Source of the DNA: an uncultured Chloroflexia bacterium
GTDB lineage: Bacteria; Chloroflexota; Limnocylindria; QHBO01
DNA: 64,000 nucleotides
Direction: 5' to 3'
Assembly: GCA_963807915.1 (NCBI GenBank)
Contig: CAWEDO010000002.1
Span: 297,502 to 361,501 of the forward strand
The notes beneath the pieces are model-generated. The model searched no databases, had not been told where the DNA came from, and was given only the letters and a program-made list of their open reading frames with translations. This document shows, piece after piece, positions 30,840 through 40,108 of this stretch. Each line of letters starts with the position of its first letter. Position 1 is the stretch's first letter. A program made the position numbers and the translations under genes.

Positions 30840-31744
30840 GCTGGCTCACCGATCCGCTGGGTTACGACTTCGTGCTCCGCGCGCTCGCCGAGGTGGTGGT
30901 GATGGGAGCCACCTGCGGGGCGATCGGGGCGTACGTGATCGTGCGGCGCCTGGCCTTCATCGGCGACGCCATCAGCCACGCCGTCTTCCCCGGCATCGTC
31001 CTCGCCTACCTGGCTGGCCTGAGCATCTTTGGCGGTGCGCTCGTGGCGGGCCTCATGACCGCGTTCGGCATCGCGCTGGTCGCCCGTGGCGGCCGGATCC
31101 GGGAGGACGCCGCCATCGGCATCTTCTTCGCCGCCGCCTTCGCCCTGGGGATCGTGCTGATCAGCACGCGCCAGACGTTCCAGGGCGACCTGACCGGCTT
31201 CCTGATCGGCAACCTGCAGGGCGTCTCCGCCGGTGACATCGCGATCAGCGCGGCAGTGGGGCTGGCGATCATCGTCGTGCTCGCCGCGGTCCACAAGGAG
31301 CTGGTGCTCGTCTCGTTCGACCGCACCCTGGCATCGGCCCTGGGGTACCCGGTCTTCGCGCTTGACGCCTTGCTGCTCGTGATCCTGACCGTGACCATCG
31401 TGGTCAGCATCCAGGCGGTCGGCATCATCCTGGTGCTGGCGATGCTCGTCACGCCCGCGGCGACGGCTCGGCTGCTGGTCGACCGCTTCGTGCCGATGCT
31501 GGCGCTGGGCTCAGTCCTTGGCGCCGCGGTCGGGGTGGCCGGCTACTTCATCTCGTTCCACCTGGGGACCGCCTCCGGCGGCACGATCGTGCTGTTGGCG
31601 ACGGCCCTCTTCGTGGTGGCCTTCGTCGCCAGCCCAACACACGGGCTGCTCGGACACCGGCTGCGTCGCCATCCGCAGCACGCCGGCGTCGCTCCGGCTG
31701 TCGATCCCCCGGCCGGACATGAGCACGGTGCTCAGGACGTCTGA
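30836..31744 (+). CDS. znuB: metal ABC transporter permease (ZnuB type)
   Basis: ATGA overlap with znuC. ABC-3 family TM topology. Confidence 0.85.
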   Translation: MSWLTDPLGYDFVLRALAEVVVMGATCGAIGAYVIVRRLAFIGDAISHAVFPGIVLAYLAGLSIFGGALVAGLMTAFGIALVARGGRIREDAAIGIFFAAAFALGIVLISTRQTFQGDLTGFLIGNLQGVSAGDIAISAAVGLAIIVVLAAVHKELVLVSFDRTLASALGYPVFALDALLLVILTVTIVVSIQAVGIILVLAMLVTPAATARLLVDRFVPMLALGSVLGAAVGVAGYFISFHLGTASGGTIVLLATALFVVAFVASPTHGLLGHRLRRHPQHAGVAPAVDPPAGHEHGAQDV

Positions 31745-31854
31745 CAGGACCCCCTGAAACAGGCTGGACGGCCCTTCCGGGTCACTGACGGAGATTCGCA
31801 GACTCGAGGAAGCCAGCGGGCCAGTTCCCGCTCCGAACCGAGGCATGCCACTCG

Positions 31855-32346
31855 ATGCTGTCACTCCCTGCGACATCCCACGAGCACCACCAGGAGATCG
31901 AGCGGCACCTTGACCGGCTCCCGCAACTCGCCGACATGATCGGTCGTTCGACGCCAGAGGCCTTCTCCAGTGCATTCCAGCAGGAGTGCCGCTTCATCGT
32001 GAGCCAGCTGGTGCCTCACATGGAGGCGATCGAGACGAGCCTGTACGGGCGGCTCGAGCAGATCATGGACGGGCGCCACTCGATGGCCCCAATGCGCCGG
32101 GAACATGAGCAGCTGCGCGGGCTGTTCGCGTCACTCTGCCGGTACCGCGAGCTCGCAGCCGACGAAGGGCTGACAGACGCGGACGAGATCGGCCTGCGGC
32201 GCGTGCTCTTCCGGTTCTACGCGATGATGAAGGTCCACCTGACAGAAGAGGATCTTTACCTCGGCGTGCTGGACCGAAACCTCACCGCCGATGAAAAGGA
32301 TGCGCTCGCCAGGGGCATCGACCATGCCGGTGCGACGCCGCTCTAG
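31855..32346 (+). CDS. hemerythrin HHE cation-binding domain protein
   Basis: His/Glu ligand pattern (HHQEIERHL, HMEAIE, HSMAPMRREHEQL, KVHLTEED). Paralogue of 32877-33371. Confidence 0.7.
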   Translation: MLSLPATSHEHHQEIERHLDRLPQLADMIGRSTPEAFSSAFQQECRFIVSQLVPHMEAIETSLYGRLEQIMDGRHSMAPMRREHEQLRGLFASLCRYRELAADEGLTDADEIGLRRVLFRFYAMMKVHLTEEDLYLGVLDRNLTADEKDALARGIDHAGATPL

Positions 32347-32361
32347 TCCAGGGGGCCTCGA

Positions 32362-32691
32362 TCAGCCTGTGTTCCGGGGCGCGCTGACCGCCTCGAGATA
32401 CCGCGCGTTGAACTCGCCGATGAGCCGGGCTCGCTCCTTCATCACGGCCGCCCACGCGTCGATCGCGGCGTAGCCGGCATCGGTCAGGACGTAGTTGCGA
32501 CGTTGTGGTCCGACCGGTTCCGCCGACCACGACGAGGTGACCTGGCCGGCCGCTTCGAGGTCGCGCAGGGTCCGATAGACCTGACCGATGTCCACCGAGC
32601 CTTCGGTGATGCCCATCTCCTCGAGCTGGGCGGTGATGGCGTAGCCGTGCGCACCCCCGGCCGCGAGGAGGACGAGCACGAACGGCTCCAT
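32362..32691 (-). CDS. PadR-family transcriptional regulator
   Basis: MEPFVLVLLAAGGAHGYAITAQLEEMGITEGSVDIGQVYRTLRDLEAAGQV is a PadR winged helix. ATG 32691 is preferred over ORF start 32865. Confidence 0.75.
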   Translation of the reverse strand: MEPFVLVLLAAGGAHGYAITAQLEEMGITEGSVDIGQVYRTLRDLEAAGQVTSSWSAEPVGPQRRNYVLTDAGYAAIDAWAAVMKERARLIGEFNARYLEAVSAPRNTG

Positions 32692-32876
32692 CCATCGGTG
32701 ACGCCCACCCAGAGGCGCCCAGCCGCGATGGACGGGAATGCCCGCCGCATCGTGATCCGATGCGACGGCGTCCATGTCCGCCACGGCCGGAGTCCCACGG
32801 CCCTCGTTTGGAGCACCCATCTGCCTTGAGAGCATAGGCGCTTCAGACATGCAGATCGGGATCAAGCCGATGCGAG

Positions 32877-33371
32877 TCAGAGCGCCGTGATGCCGCTGTG
32901 GTCCATCGCCGCGGCGAGCTTCTCCGCGCTCTCGGGCGAGGCACCACGTTCGATGATCCTGAGATAGAGCTGCTCCTCCGCGAGGTGGACCTTGAGGATG
33001 CTGTAGAGGCGGAAGATGACGCGGCGCAGTGCGACCGTCTCGTTCGTCTGCAGGGGTCCCACCTCGAGCCGGTGCTGCAACCGGACGAGCTCCGCCACAA
33101 GCAGGCGGATCTCATCGTGCTCGCGGCGCATCGGCGTCATCGAATGGCGGTTCTGGAGCATGCGCTCCAGCTCGGCATACAGGGTCTTCTCGGCCGTCTC
33201 CATGTGCGGAAGGAGCAGGCCTTCGAGAAAGGCGGCCACCTCTGCCAGGTGCGGCCGGAGCTCGGCAACGGGGGCGGAACCGACCAGGTCACCCACCGCA
33301 GGCATCGAGTCCAGGTGGTGGGTCAGCCGTTCGTGGTGTTCCAGGGAAACGTGGGTCAGGCTCGCGGTCAT
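32877..33371 (-). CDS. hemerythrin HHE cation-binding domain protein
   Basis: 164 aa from MTASLTH (ATG verified 33369-33371). Shares the His/Glu ligand pattern with 31855-32346. The upstream 170 codons of the ORF are shadow. Confidence 0.7.
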   Translation of the reverse strand: MTASLTHVSLEHHERLTHHLDSMPAVGDLVGSAPVAELRPHLAEVAAFLEGLLLPHMETAEKTLYAELERMLQNRHSMTPMRREHDEIRLLVAELVRLQHRLEVGPLQTNETVALRRVIFRLYSILKVHLAEEQLYLRIIERGASPESAEKLAAAMDHSGITAL

Positions 33372-33415
33372 TTCAGACCTCCTTGTGAGTCGATGGTGGT
33401 GTGGACGTCGTCCTC

Positions 33416-34609
33416 TCAGCCATTCGCGCCCCCTTCCGTGACCCCGTCGTTCGGGGTGCCCGCCAGCGCCAGGAAGAACAGGGCGACCGGCCGGTAGACC
33501 GCGTGGGCGAGTTTCATGAACGGGGCCAGGATCACGAGCTCCATGGCGATCGCCACGTGGAACAGGAACACCCAGTAGCCCCAGGCCGGAACACCCGGGA
33601 GGTAGAGAGCCAGCTCCAGGCCGAAGCCGGTCACGCCGGTGATCCAGACGAGCGCCAGGAGGGTCCAGTCCGCGCTGGTCGAGTGGCGCACGGAGCGTTC
33701 GATGCCCCGATAGCGCTGCAGGATGAGCATCGTTGCGCCGTACACCAGCAGGATCCCCGCCGCCGTGCCGAGCAGGCGGACGGGATACCAGATCGGGACC
33801 GGCGTACCGGTTGCCTTGATCCCCACGAGCGCGAGTCCGTAGTCGAGGATCGTCGCCGCGAGCAGGCCCAGGAAGCCCCACATCGTGGCCGCGTGGATGA
33901 ACCAGCGGCGAAGGAACCAGGGTTGCTGGATCGCGTCCGCATCGCAGTCCTCGCGATAGCGGCGCTGGCCAAGCGTCTCAACCGCGACTGCGCTCCAGAG
34001 CGCGCGAATCGTGCGGAACAATGCGCTGCGGCCGCCAAGGGTGGAACGCAGCGTCACGCCCCCGGCGCGGCCGACGGCCCTGGCCATGGTGACGACGCCG
34101 ATGAGACCGGCGGCGAAGACGATGACCATGATCCCGATCCCCGCGTTATGGATCAGCTCCTCGGGGATGAAGCCGAAGATGTCGAGCGAGGCCGCACTCT
34201 GCGCGCCGTGGCCCGCATACATGAAGAGGGCGAAGAGCGCCGCCAGGGCGACCGCGATCACGGTCCCGATCACGGGTCGGGTGTACATCGTTCGAGCCAG
34301 CCCGGTCCGGTCGTAGTTGGCGATCGCGTAGCGCCGCGCGGCCGCCATGAACTCGCTCGGCTCCGCCTGGGTCGGGCATGACTCGGAGCACTCCCCGCAG
34401 GCATAGCAGGTCCACAGCTCCTTGCTCGACAGGAGCTGGTCGCGCAGGCCCACCTGTGCGAGGCGGATCAACCGCCGGGGGAAGGTGGCGTCGTCGCTGA
34501 CCAGGGGGCAGGTCGCCGTGCAGGTCCCGCAGCTGAAGCAGGCCGACACGTCCGCCGCGCCGTAGCGCTTGATGTCGGCGAGCAGGCCGAGCTGTACGGT
34601 GGCGGTCAT
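33416..34609 (-). CDS. QmoC-like membrane subunit: HdrC-type di-[4Fe-4S] domain fused to an HdrE/NarI-type heme-b membrane domain
   Basis: Two CxxCxxCxxxCP motifs (CFSCGTCTATCP, CYACGECSESCP), then five or six TM helices with conserved His (HAATMWGF, FHVAIAM, KLAHAVYRP) typical of di-heme b NarI/HdrE/DsrM. Confidence 0.75.
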   Translation of the reverse strand: MTATVQLGLLADIKRYGAADVSACFSCGTCTATCPLVSDDATFPRRLIRLAQVGLRDQLLSSKELWTCYACGECSESCPTQAEPSEFMAAARRYAIANYDRTGLARTMYTRPVIGTVIAVALAALFALFMYAGHGAQSAASLDIFGFIPEELIHNAGIGIMVIVFAAGLIGVVTMARAVGRAGGVTLRSTLGGRSALFRTIRALWSAVAVETLGQRRYREDCDADAIQQPWFLRRWFIHAATMWGFLGLLAATILDYGLALVGIKATGTPVPIWYPVRLLGTAAGILLVYGATMLILQRYRGIERSVRHSTSADWTLLALVWITGVTGFGLELALYLPGVPAWGYWVFLFHVAIAMELVILAPFMKLAHAVYRPVALFFLALAGTPNDGVTEGGANG

Positions 34610-34866
34610 GAGGGCTCCTTCGCAGTCTGCCTGACGATCGCTTCGTAGCGGAAGTAGCCATCGTCGGTGGCGCCCTTGACCTCCTGGACGTGCCCGTAGC
34701 GGCGCATGCCCATCACCCAGAAGACGACCTCGTGGGTGGGCACGGCGAGCTCCGCGGCGATCTCCGGGATGGTCCGCGCTCCTCCGTGCAGGAAGGCCAG
34801 GATCTGGGCGCGCATGACCGGCTCCTCACGGACGATCTCGCGCAGGGCTCGATTCGGGGCATTCAT
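34606..34866 (-). CDS. small winged-helix-like protein (86 aa), function unknown
   Basis: ATGA-coupled between the hdrA-like and qmoC-like genes. MNAPNRALREIVREEPVMRAQILAFLHGGARTIPEIAAELAVPTHEVVFWV suggests a wHTH. Start ATG verified at 34864-34866. Confidence 0.55.
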   Translation of the reverse strand: MNAPNRALREIVREEPVMRAQILAFLHGGARTIPEIAAELAVPTHEVVFWVMGMRRYGHVQEVKGATDDGYFRYEAIVRQTAKEPS

Positions 34867-36605
34867 GCGATCGGCACCTCCAGGAGGCTGTCGATCATGG
34901 AGGTGACCTGGGCGTTGGTGTAGCCGAGCAGGTCGATGGCGCCCTCCGGGCAGACGGGGACGCAGCCACCGCAGCTCTTGCATCCGGTTGCGCTGATGGT
35001 CGCCACCGCCTTGCCATCCACGGTCGCCATCTCGATGGCGGCATAGGGACAGGCGGTGATGCACAGCTCGCAGCCCGTGCAGGTGTCGGTGTCCACGATC
35101 GCCACCAGCGGGTCGAGCTCGGCGAAGCCCTTCTTGAGGATCACCGCGCTCTGCGTGACGGCGGCAAGGCCCGACGCAACGCTCTCGCTCGAGTTCCTGG
35201 GACCCTGGCAGGCGCCGGCGATGTACACCCCGTCGACCATGGTCTCGACCGGGCGCAGCTTGGGATGGATCTCGTTGAAGAAGCCGTCCTTCCCCAGGGG
35301 GAGCTTGAGGAGGCCATTCAGCTCCTCGTTCCTGCGCGGGATCATCCCGGTGACCAGCACCACGAGGTCTGCCGGGATGGCGATCTCCTCCGTTCCGGTC
35401 AGGAGGTCGCGCACGGTGACCACCAGGCGGCCAGAGCCATCCTGGGCGACGGCCGGTGGTGCATCGTCGGCGAACTTGAGGTAGACCGATCCGAGCTCGC
35501 GCGAGGTGGTGTACATCGGCTCGAACTTGCCGTAGGTGCGCATGTCCCGGTAGAGGTGGTACTGGTGCACTTGCGCGTCCCGGGAGGAGACCTGGATCGA
35601 GGCGGCGACGGTCGCCGCGCAGCAGTAGCGCGAGCAGTACTGGTTGCCGTCGGGCTTGTCCGCGGGCTCGCGGCTGCCGACGCAGTAGACGTACACGACG
35701 CTCTCGACCGGCTTGCCGTGGAACTCCAGGCGGCCTGCCGAACGGTCGATCATCTGCTTGAACTCCGGCAGGGTCACCACCCCGTCGATCCCGTAGCCGT
35801 ACTCGCCCACCTCCGGCTGGTAGGCATCGAAGCCGGTGGCGACGATGATCGAGCCAACCTCGACGGTGAGCGTCTCGCCGCCCGGTCCGCCCAGGCGGAT
35901 GCCGGCGGTGTAGTTGCCGAAGCTGCCGGACTTGCTGATCAGCTCGGCTCCGGTGAAGACGTTGATCGCGGGGCGCTGCTCGATGCCCTCGATCAGCTCC
36001 GCGATGAGCGCTCGGCCATTCTTGCCGGTCGGGTACATCTCCTCGAACCCGCCGACCCAGCCGCCGAGCGTGGTCTCGCGCTCGACCAGGAAGACGCCGA
36101 GGCCGATGTCGGCCAGCCCGATGGCCGCGCGCAGCCCTGCGACGCCGCCGCCCACCACCAGCGTCTTCTGCGTCGTCTCGACGACGATCGGCTCCAGTGG
36201 TTCGGTCAGGCGGGTGCGGGCGATGCCGGCCTTGACCAGGCCGATGACCTTGTTGGTGGTGGCCTGCAGGTCATCCGATTGGACCCACGAGGCCTGCTCG
36301 CGCACGTTGACCTGGGTGTATTCGTACGGGTTGAGGCCGGCCCGATTGGCCACCGCCCGGAATGTGACGACGTGGAGCTTCGGCGAGCAGGACGCGACCA
36401 CCATGCCGTCGAGCTGCTGCTGCTCGATGTCGCGCTCCATCTCCCCCTGGCCCGAATCCGAGCAGGCGAACATCATCTGCCGGGCCACCACCACGCCCGG
36501 CTCAGCCTCGGCCGCGGCGACGACCTGGTCGATGTCGACGTGGTCGGAGATGTTGCCGCCGCAGTGGCAGACGTAGACCCCGATCCGGCGCTCGGTCTCG
36601 CTCAT
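34863..36605 (-). CDS. hdrA: heterodisulfide reductase subunit A (HdrA)-like FAD/FeS flavoprotein
   Basis: N-terminal IGVYVCHCGGNIS cluster motif, FAD-binding VVGGGVAGLRAA, Cys-rich inserted domain (CSRYCC) and C-terminal 2x[4Fe-4S] (CTGCELCITACP, CKSCGGCVPVCP). ATG 36605 is ATGA-coupled to the upstream gene, and the remaining 380 codons of ORF 34863-37751 are shadow. Confidence 0.8.
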   Translation of the reverse strand: MSETERRIGVYVCHCGGNISDHVDIDQVVAAAEAEPGVVVARQMMFACSDSGQGEMERDIEQQQLDGMVVASCSPKLHVVTFRAVANRAGLNPYEYTQVNVREQASWVQSDDLQATTNKVIGLVKAGIARTRLTEPLEPIVVETTQKTLVVGGGVAGLRAAIGLADIGLGVFLVERETTLGGWVGGFEEMYPTGKNGRALIAELIEGIEQRPAINVFTGAELISKSGSFGNYTAGIRLGGPGGETLTVEVGSIIVATGFDAYQPEVGEYGYGIDGVVTLPEFKQMIDRSAGRLEFHGKPVESVVYVYCVGSREPADKPDGNQYCSRYCCAATVAASIQVSSRDAQVHQYHLYRDMRTYGKFEPMYTTSRELGSVYLKFADDAPPAVAQDGSGRLVVTVRDLLTGTEEIAIPADLVVLVTGMIPRRNEELNGLLKLPLGKDGFFNEIHPKLRPVETMVDGVYIAGACQGPRNSSESVASGLAAVTQSAVILKKGFAELDPLVAIVDTDTCTGCELCITACPYAAIEMATVDGKAVATISATGCKSCGGCVPVCPEGAIDLLGYTNAQVTSMIDSLLEVPIA

Positions 36606-39310
36606 GCCAGGGCCTTCGCGCGCTCGAGGTAGGCGGCAACCTGGGCGACCGTCGAGCCGGCATGCAGGATCGAATCGGCGATGTCCTTGGCGCCCGATGC
36701 GGCACCGGCGACGTACACGCCGTCGATGCTCGTCTGGCCCGGGTTGGCGTCCTCGTCGGTCTCGGCGACATACGAGTACTCGTCCGTCGAGAGGGCCCCC
36801 ATCGGGAAGAGGGCCTGGGCGTCGCTGTTGGGCTGAACGCCCACCGCGAGCACGACGAGGTCGTACTCCGCTTCGACGATCTGACCGCCGTGCTCGATGT
36901 CCTCGTAGCGCAGGACCAGGTCGCCGTTGTCCTTCTCGGTGATCTTGGCCACGCGTCCCTTGACGTAGTTGGCGCCCATCGCCTTGGCCTGCTCGTAGAA
37001 CTCGTCGTAGCGCTTCCCGGGGGCACGGATGTCCATGTAGTGGACCGTCACGTCGGCCACCGGGAGGGCACCCATGATCAGCTGGTTCTGCTTGATCGAG
37101 TACATGCAGCAGAACCGCGAGCAGAGCGGGTTTCCGACGGTTTCGTCGCGCGATCCGGTGCAGAGGACGTAGGCGATGCGATCGGGCACCTTGCCGTCCC
37201 CCGGCCGCAGGATGGTGTTGAACGGCCGCGTCGGGGCCAGCAGGCGGTCCATCTGCATGCCGGTGATCACGTTCTTGAAGGTGCCGTAGCCGTATTCCGG
37301 CTTCAGGTCGGCGGCGAACAGCTTGAAGCCGGTCGCGACCACGACCGCGCCGACCTCGACATCGAGAACCTCGTCGCGAGCCCGCAGGTCGATGCACTGG
37401 TCCACGGGACAGGCGTCGACGCACTCGCCGCATTCGGAGCAGACGCCGCAGTCCAGGCACAGGCCGGCGCCGCGGTGGGCCTCCTCCTCTGTCATCGGCA
37501 GCTCGACCTCGCGGAAGTCGGTCGGGGCATCGCTCAGCACCTCGCTCGGACCTTCGGCCAGCGCCATGCGGTACGCCTTCTGGCGAGCGAGGACCTCTGT
37601 CTTGTCGACGACCGGGAGCCGCAGGTCGAAGCCATCGAGCTCCAGGCCATTGATCCAGCGATCGATCATGTGGGCTGCGCGCTGGCCCTGCCCCGTTGCC
37701 CGGGTGATGTCCGAGGCGCCCGAGACGACGTCGCCCGCGGCGAAGAGCCACGGCACGGCGCTCTGCAGCGTGCCCGGATCGACAGCGGCTCTTCCGCCGG
37801 CATCGGCCGTGACCTGGGCGCCAAAACCCTCGGTATCGGGCGCCATTCCGATCGCCGCGATGACGACATCGCCGGCGATCTCGAAGTCAAGGCCCGGGAT
37901 CGGCTCTGGCCGGCCGCGGCCGGTCGGCCCCGCGACGGATGGAGCCATGCGGGTGCAGCGAAGGGCGCGAGCCGCCCCGTTGCCGTCATCGAGGACTTCC
38001 GCTGGCGCCGCCTCGAAGACGAAGTGGACGCCTTCCGTCTCGGTGTCATCGGCCTCGACGTGGTGGGCCGGCATCTCGGCGCGGCTGCGCCGATAGACCA
38101 CGGTGACGTCGCGCGCACCCAGCCGGCGGGCGGTCCGTGCGGTGTCCATCGCGACGTTGCCGCCGCCGATGACCAGGACCCTCTTGCCCGCCAGGTCGAC
38201 GGGCTCGCCGAGCTTCACCCCACGCAGGAAGTCGACACCGCTGAGCACGCCATCGAGCTGGTCGCCGGGGATGCCGAGCTTCGTGGAGAGCGGCGTGCCG
38301 GTCGCCAGGAGGACGGCTTCGTAGCCCTCGGCGTGGAGCGCCTCGAGATCCGTCACCGGCGCGCTGGTGGCGATCTCGACGCCGAGCGCAGTGACGTTGG
38401 CGATGTCCTGCTCGACGACCTTCGCGGGCAGGCGATATCCGGGGATGGCCAGCCGCAGGAAGCCGCCGGCCTTCGGCGCGGCCTCGAAGATCTTGACCGC
38501 ATAGCCGCGGCGGGCCAGCTGCCAGGCCGCGGTCAGGCCGGTCGGTCCGGACCCGATGATGGCCACGCGGTGACCGTTCGGCTCCGGGATCGCGACTCCG
38601 GGGCCATCGAACTTCTCGTAGTGGATGTCGGCGATGAATCGCTTGAGGCGGCGGATCGGGATCGGTCCTTCGAGGGATCCTCGGGTGCAGTCGACCTCGC
38701 ACGGCGCGTAGCAGGCGCGACCCAGGGTGCCGACCAGCGGCGTCGCGTCGAGCACCAGCTGGAACGCCTTCTCGTACTCGCCACTGCGGATGAGCGAAAC
38801 GTAGCCGTGGGCCTGGATGCCGGCCGGACAGGCGTAGGAGCAGGGCGAGGACCCGGCTCGGTCGATGACCGCCTTCTTGGGCACCGCCTGGGGGAACGCG
38901 ATGTAGGCGGCTCGGCGCTGGACCATGTCGGCGTTGAACTGGTCGGGAACGGCCACGGTGCAGGCCGTCTCGCACAGCTGGCAGCCGGTGCAGGTCAGCT
39001 CGTTGACGAACCGCGCCTTGCGCGTGACCTTTGCCCGGAAGTGCCCATCGGCACCACGCTTGATCCCGTCGACCTCGCTGTAGGTCATGGTGGTGACGTT
39101 GGGGTGGTGGATCGACGCAGCCATCTTGGGGGTCGAGATGCAGCTGGCGCAGTCGAGGGTGGGGAACACCTTGCTGAGCAGGATCATCTTCCCGCCCACG
39201 CTGGCCTCCTTCTCGACCAGCAGCACCTTGTAGCCCATGTCGCCGAGCTTCAGCGCGGACTCCATCCCGCCGATGCCCGCGCCGACGACCATGACGTCGT
39301 AGTCGGTCAC
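36602..39310 (-). CDS. HdrA-like flavoprotein with inserted GltD/NfnB-type NAD(P)H-binding domain (HdrL-like)
   Basis: HdrA N-terminus (MTDYDVMVVGAGIGGMESALKLG..DCASC), ferredoxin motif (CTGCQLCETAC), GltD-type segment (CSYACPAG..VAIIGSGPTGLTAAWQLARRGYAVKIFE..RVLVIGGGNVAMDTARTARRLGA), second ferredoxin (CLDCGVCSECGECVDACP) and HdrA C-terminal FAD half (NPLCSRFCC..DGVYVAGAASG). Confidence 0.75.
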   Translation of the reverse strand: MTDYDVMVVGAGIGGMESALKLGDMGYKVLLVEKEASVGGKMILLSKVFPTLDCASCISTPKMAASIHHPNVTTMTYSEVDGIKRGADGHFRAKVTRKARFVNELTCTGCQLCETACTVAVPDQFNADMVQRRAAYIAFPQAVPKKAVIDRAGSSPCSYACPAGIQAHGYVSLIRSGEYEKAFQLVLDATPLVGTLGRACYAPCEVDCTRGSLEGPIPIRRLKRFIADIHYEKFDGPGVAIPEPNGHRVAIIGSGPTGLTAAWQLARRGYAVKIFEAAPKAGGFLRLAIPGYRLPAKVVEQDIANVTALGVEIATSAPVTDLEALHAEGYEAVLLATGTPLSTKLGIPGDQLDGVLSGVDFLRGVKLGEPVDLAGKRVLVIGGGNVAMDTARTARRLGARDVTVVYRRSRAEMPAHHVEADDTETEGVHFVFEAAPAEVLDDGNGAARALRCTRMAPSVAGPTGRGRPEPIPGLDFEIAGDVVIAAIGMAPDTEGFGAQVTADAGGRAAVDPGTLQSAVPWLFAAGDVVSGASDITRATGQGQRAAHMIDRWINGLELDGFDLRLPVVDKTEVLARQKAYRMALAEGPSEVLSDAPTDFREVELPMTEEEAHRGAGLCLDCGVCSECGECVDACPVDQCIDLRARDEVLDVEVGAVVVATGFKLFAADLKPEYGYGTFKNVITGMQMDRLLAPTRPFNTILRPGDGKVPDRIAYVLCTGSRDETVGNPLCSRFCCMYSIKQNQLIMGALPVADVTVHYMDIRAPGKRYDEFYEQAKAMGANYVKGRVAKITEKDNGDLVLRYEDIEHGGQIVEAEYDLVVLAVGVQPNSDAQALFPMGALSTDEYSYVAETDEDANPGQTSIDGVYVAGAASGAKDIADSILHAGSTVAQVAAYLERAKALA

Positions 39311-39753
39311 GAGGTCACCGCCGACGGTCCGAGTGCGATGAGCGCCTGGCCGAACTGTTGCACGTGTCGCGTGAACGGCTCGGCGCAGACGGAGCAGATG
39401 GCGGCCATCTTCAGCCGCTGGGGGTCGAGCCCTGCCTGTGTCAGGAGCGCCTGGGCCTGGCCCACGATCTTCGACGCCCGCGTCGAGCAGTCAGACAGGT
39501 AGGCGCACTCGTCGCCGTCCGAAGCGATGAAGACGCCGTCGAATCCGTGCTCGATGGCGTGGAAGATCCAGCTCGGCCGGATTCCGCTGGTGCAGGGCAT
39601 GCTGATGACCACGACACCAGGCGAGTAGCTCATGTGCGAGCTGCCCGCCAGGTCGATCCCGGGGTCCGAGATGTTGTTGGTGGAGAAGACGAGGATCCGC
39701 GGAACGAATGCGCGTTCCGCGCCCTGACGCTCCGCCGGGGCGATCGTGGTCAT
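39307..39753 (-). CDS. MvhD/FlpD-like [2Fe-2S] hydrogenase delta-subunit-type electron-transfer protein
   Basis: ILVFSTNNISDPGIDLAG..VVISMPCTSGIRPSWIFHAIEHGFDGVFIASDGDECAYLSDC..AAICSVCAEP matches PF02662. Has a 4-nt overlap with the HdrL-like gene. Confidence 0.75.
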   Translation of the reverse strand: MTTIAPAERQGAERAFVPRILVFSTNNISDPGIDLAGSSHMSYSPGVVVISMPCTSGIRPSWIFHAIEHGFDGVFIASDGDECAYLSDCSTRASKIVGQAQALLTQAGLDPQRLKMAAICSVCAEPFTRHVQQFGQALIALGPSAVTS

Positions 39754-39766
39754 CAGGCTGTGGCGG

Positions 39767-40042
39767 CTACTTCTGGCGCGTCACGAAGGTGCGCTCGTAG
39801 CCCTCGCCCGGCAGGAAGCCAAGGAAGGTATGGCCGACCTTCGTCGACCAGGCCTCGATGTCGCCCTTGGTGGCGGGGTCGCTGGACCAGATCTCGATGA
39901 CCTGGCCGACCTGGACCGTGCCCATGGCCTTCTTGGCCTCGAGGAGCGGTCCGGGGCATGCGCTGCCGCGCGCGTCGACGACCTTGGCCGTCTCGAGCGC
40001 CGAGAGGTCGGTGTCGCTGAGTGGGGTGGTGATGGTCATCAT
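39767..40042 (-). CDS. tusA: TusA-family sulfurtransferase
   Basis: CPGP motif in DARGSACPGPLLEAKKAM. The ORF starts at 40078, but the ATG at 40042 (MMTITT) gives a typical TusA length. Confidence 0.7.
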   Translation of the reverse strand: MMTITTPLSDTDLSALETAKVVDARGSACPGPLLEAKKAMGTVQVGQVIEIWSSDPATKGDIEAWSTKVGHTFLGFLPGEGYERTFVTRQK

Positions 40043-40108
40043 CGGGGTGTCTCCTTGGTGTGTGCCTGGCCCTGGCAAGCGCCCGGCCAGCCTGTACGGC
40101 GTTGGGGC

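Noticed and set aside
34863-37751. 962-aa ORF suggesting a much longer HdrA
   Set aside because: Its first ~380 codons overlap the genuine HdrL-like gene in another frame and are Arg/Gly-rich. The HdrA N-terminal CxCGG motif begins at the internal ATG 36605, which is ATGA-coupled to the upstream stop.
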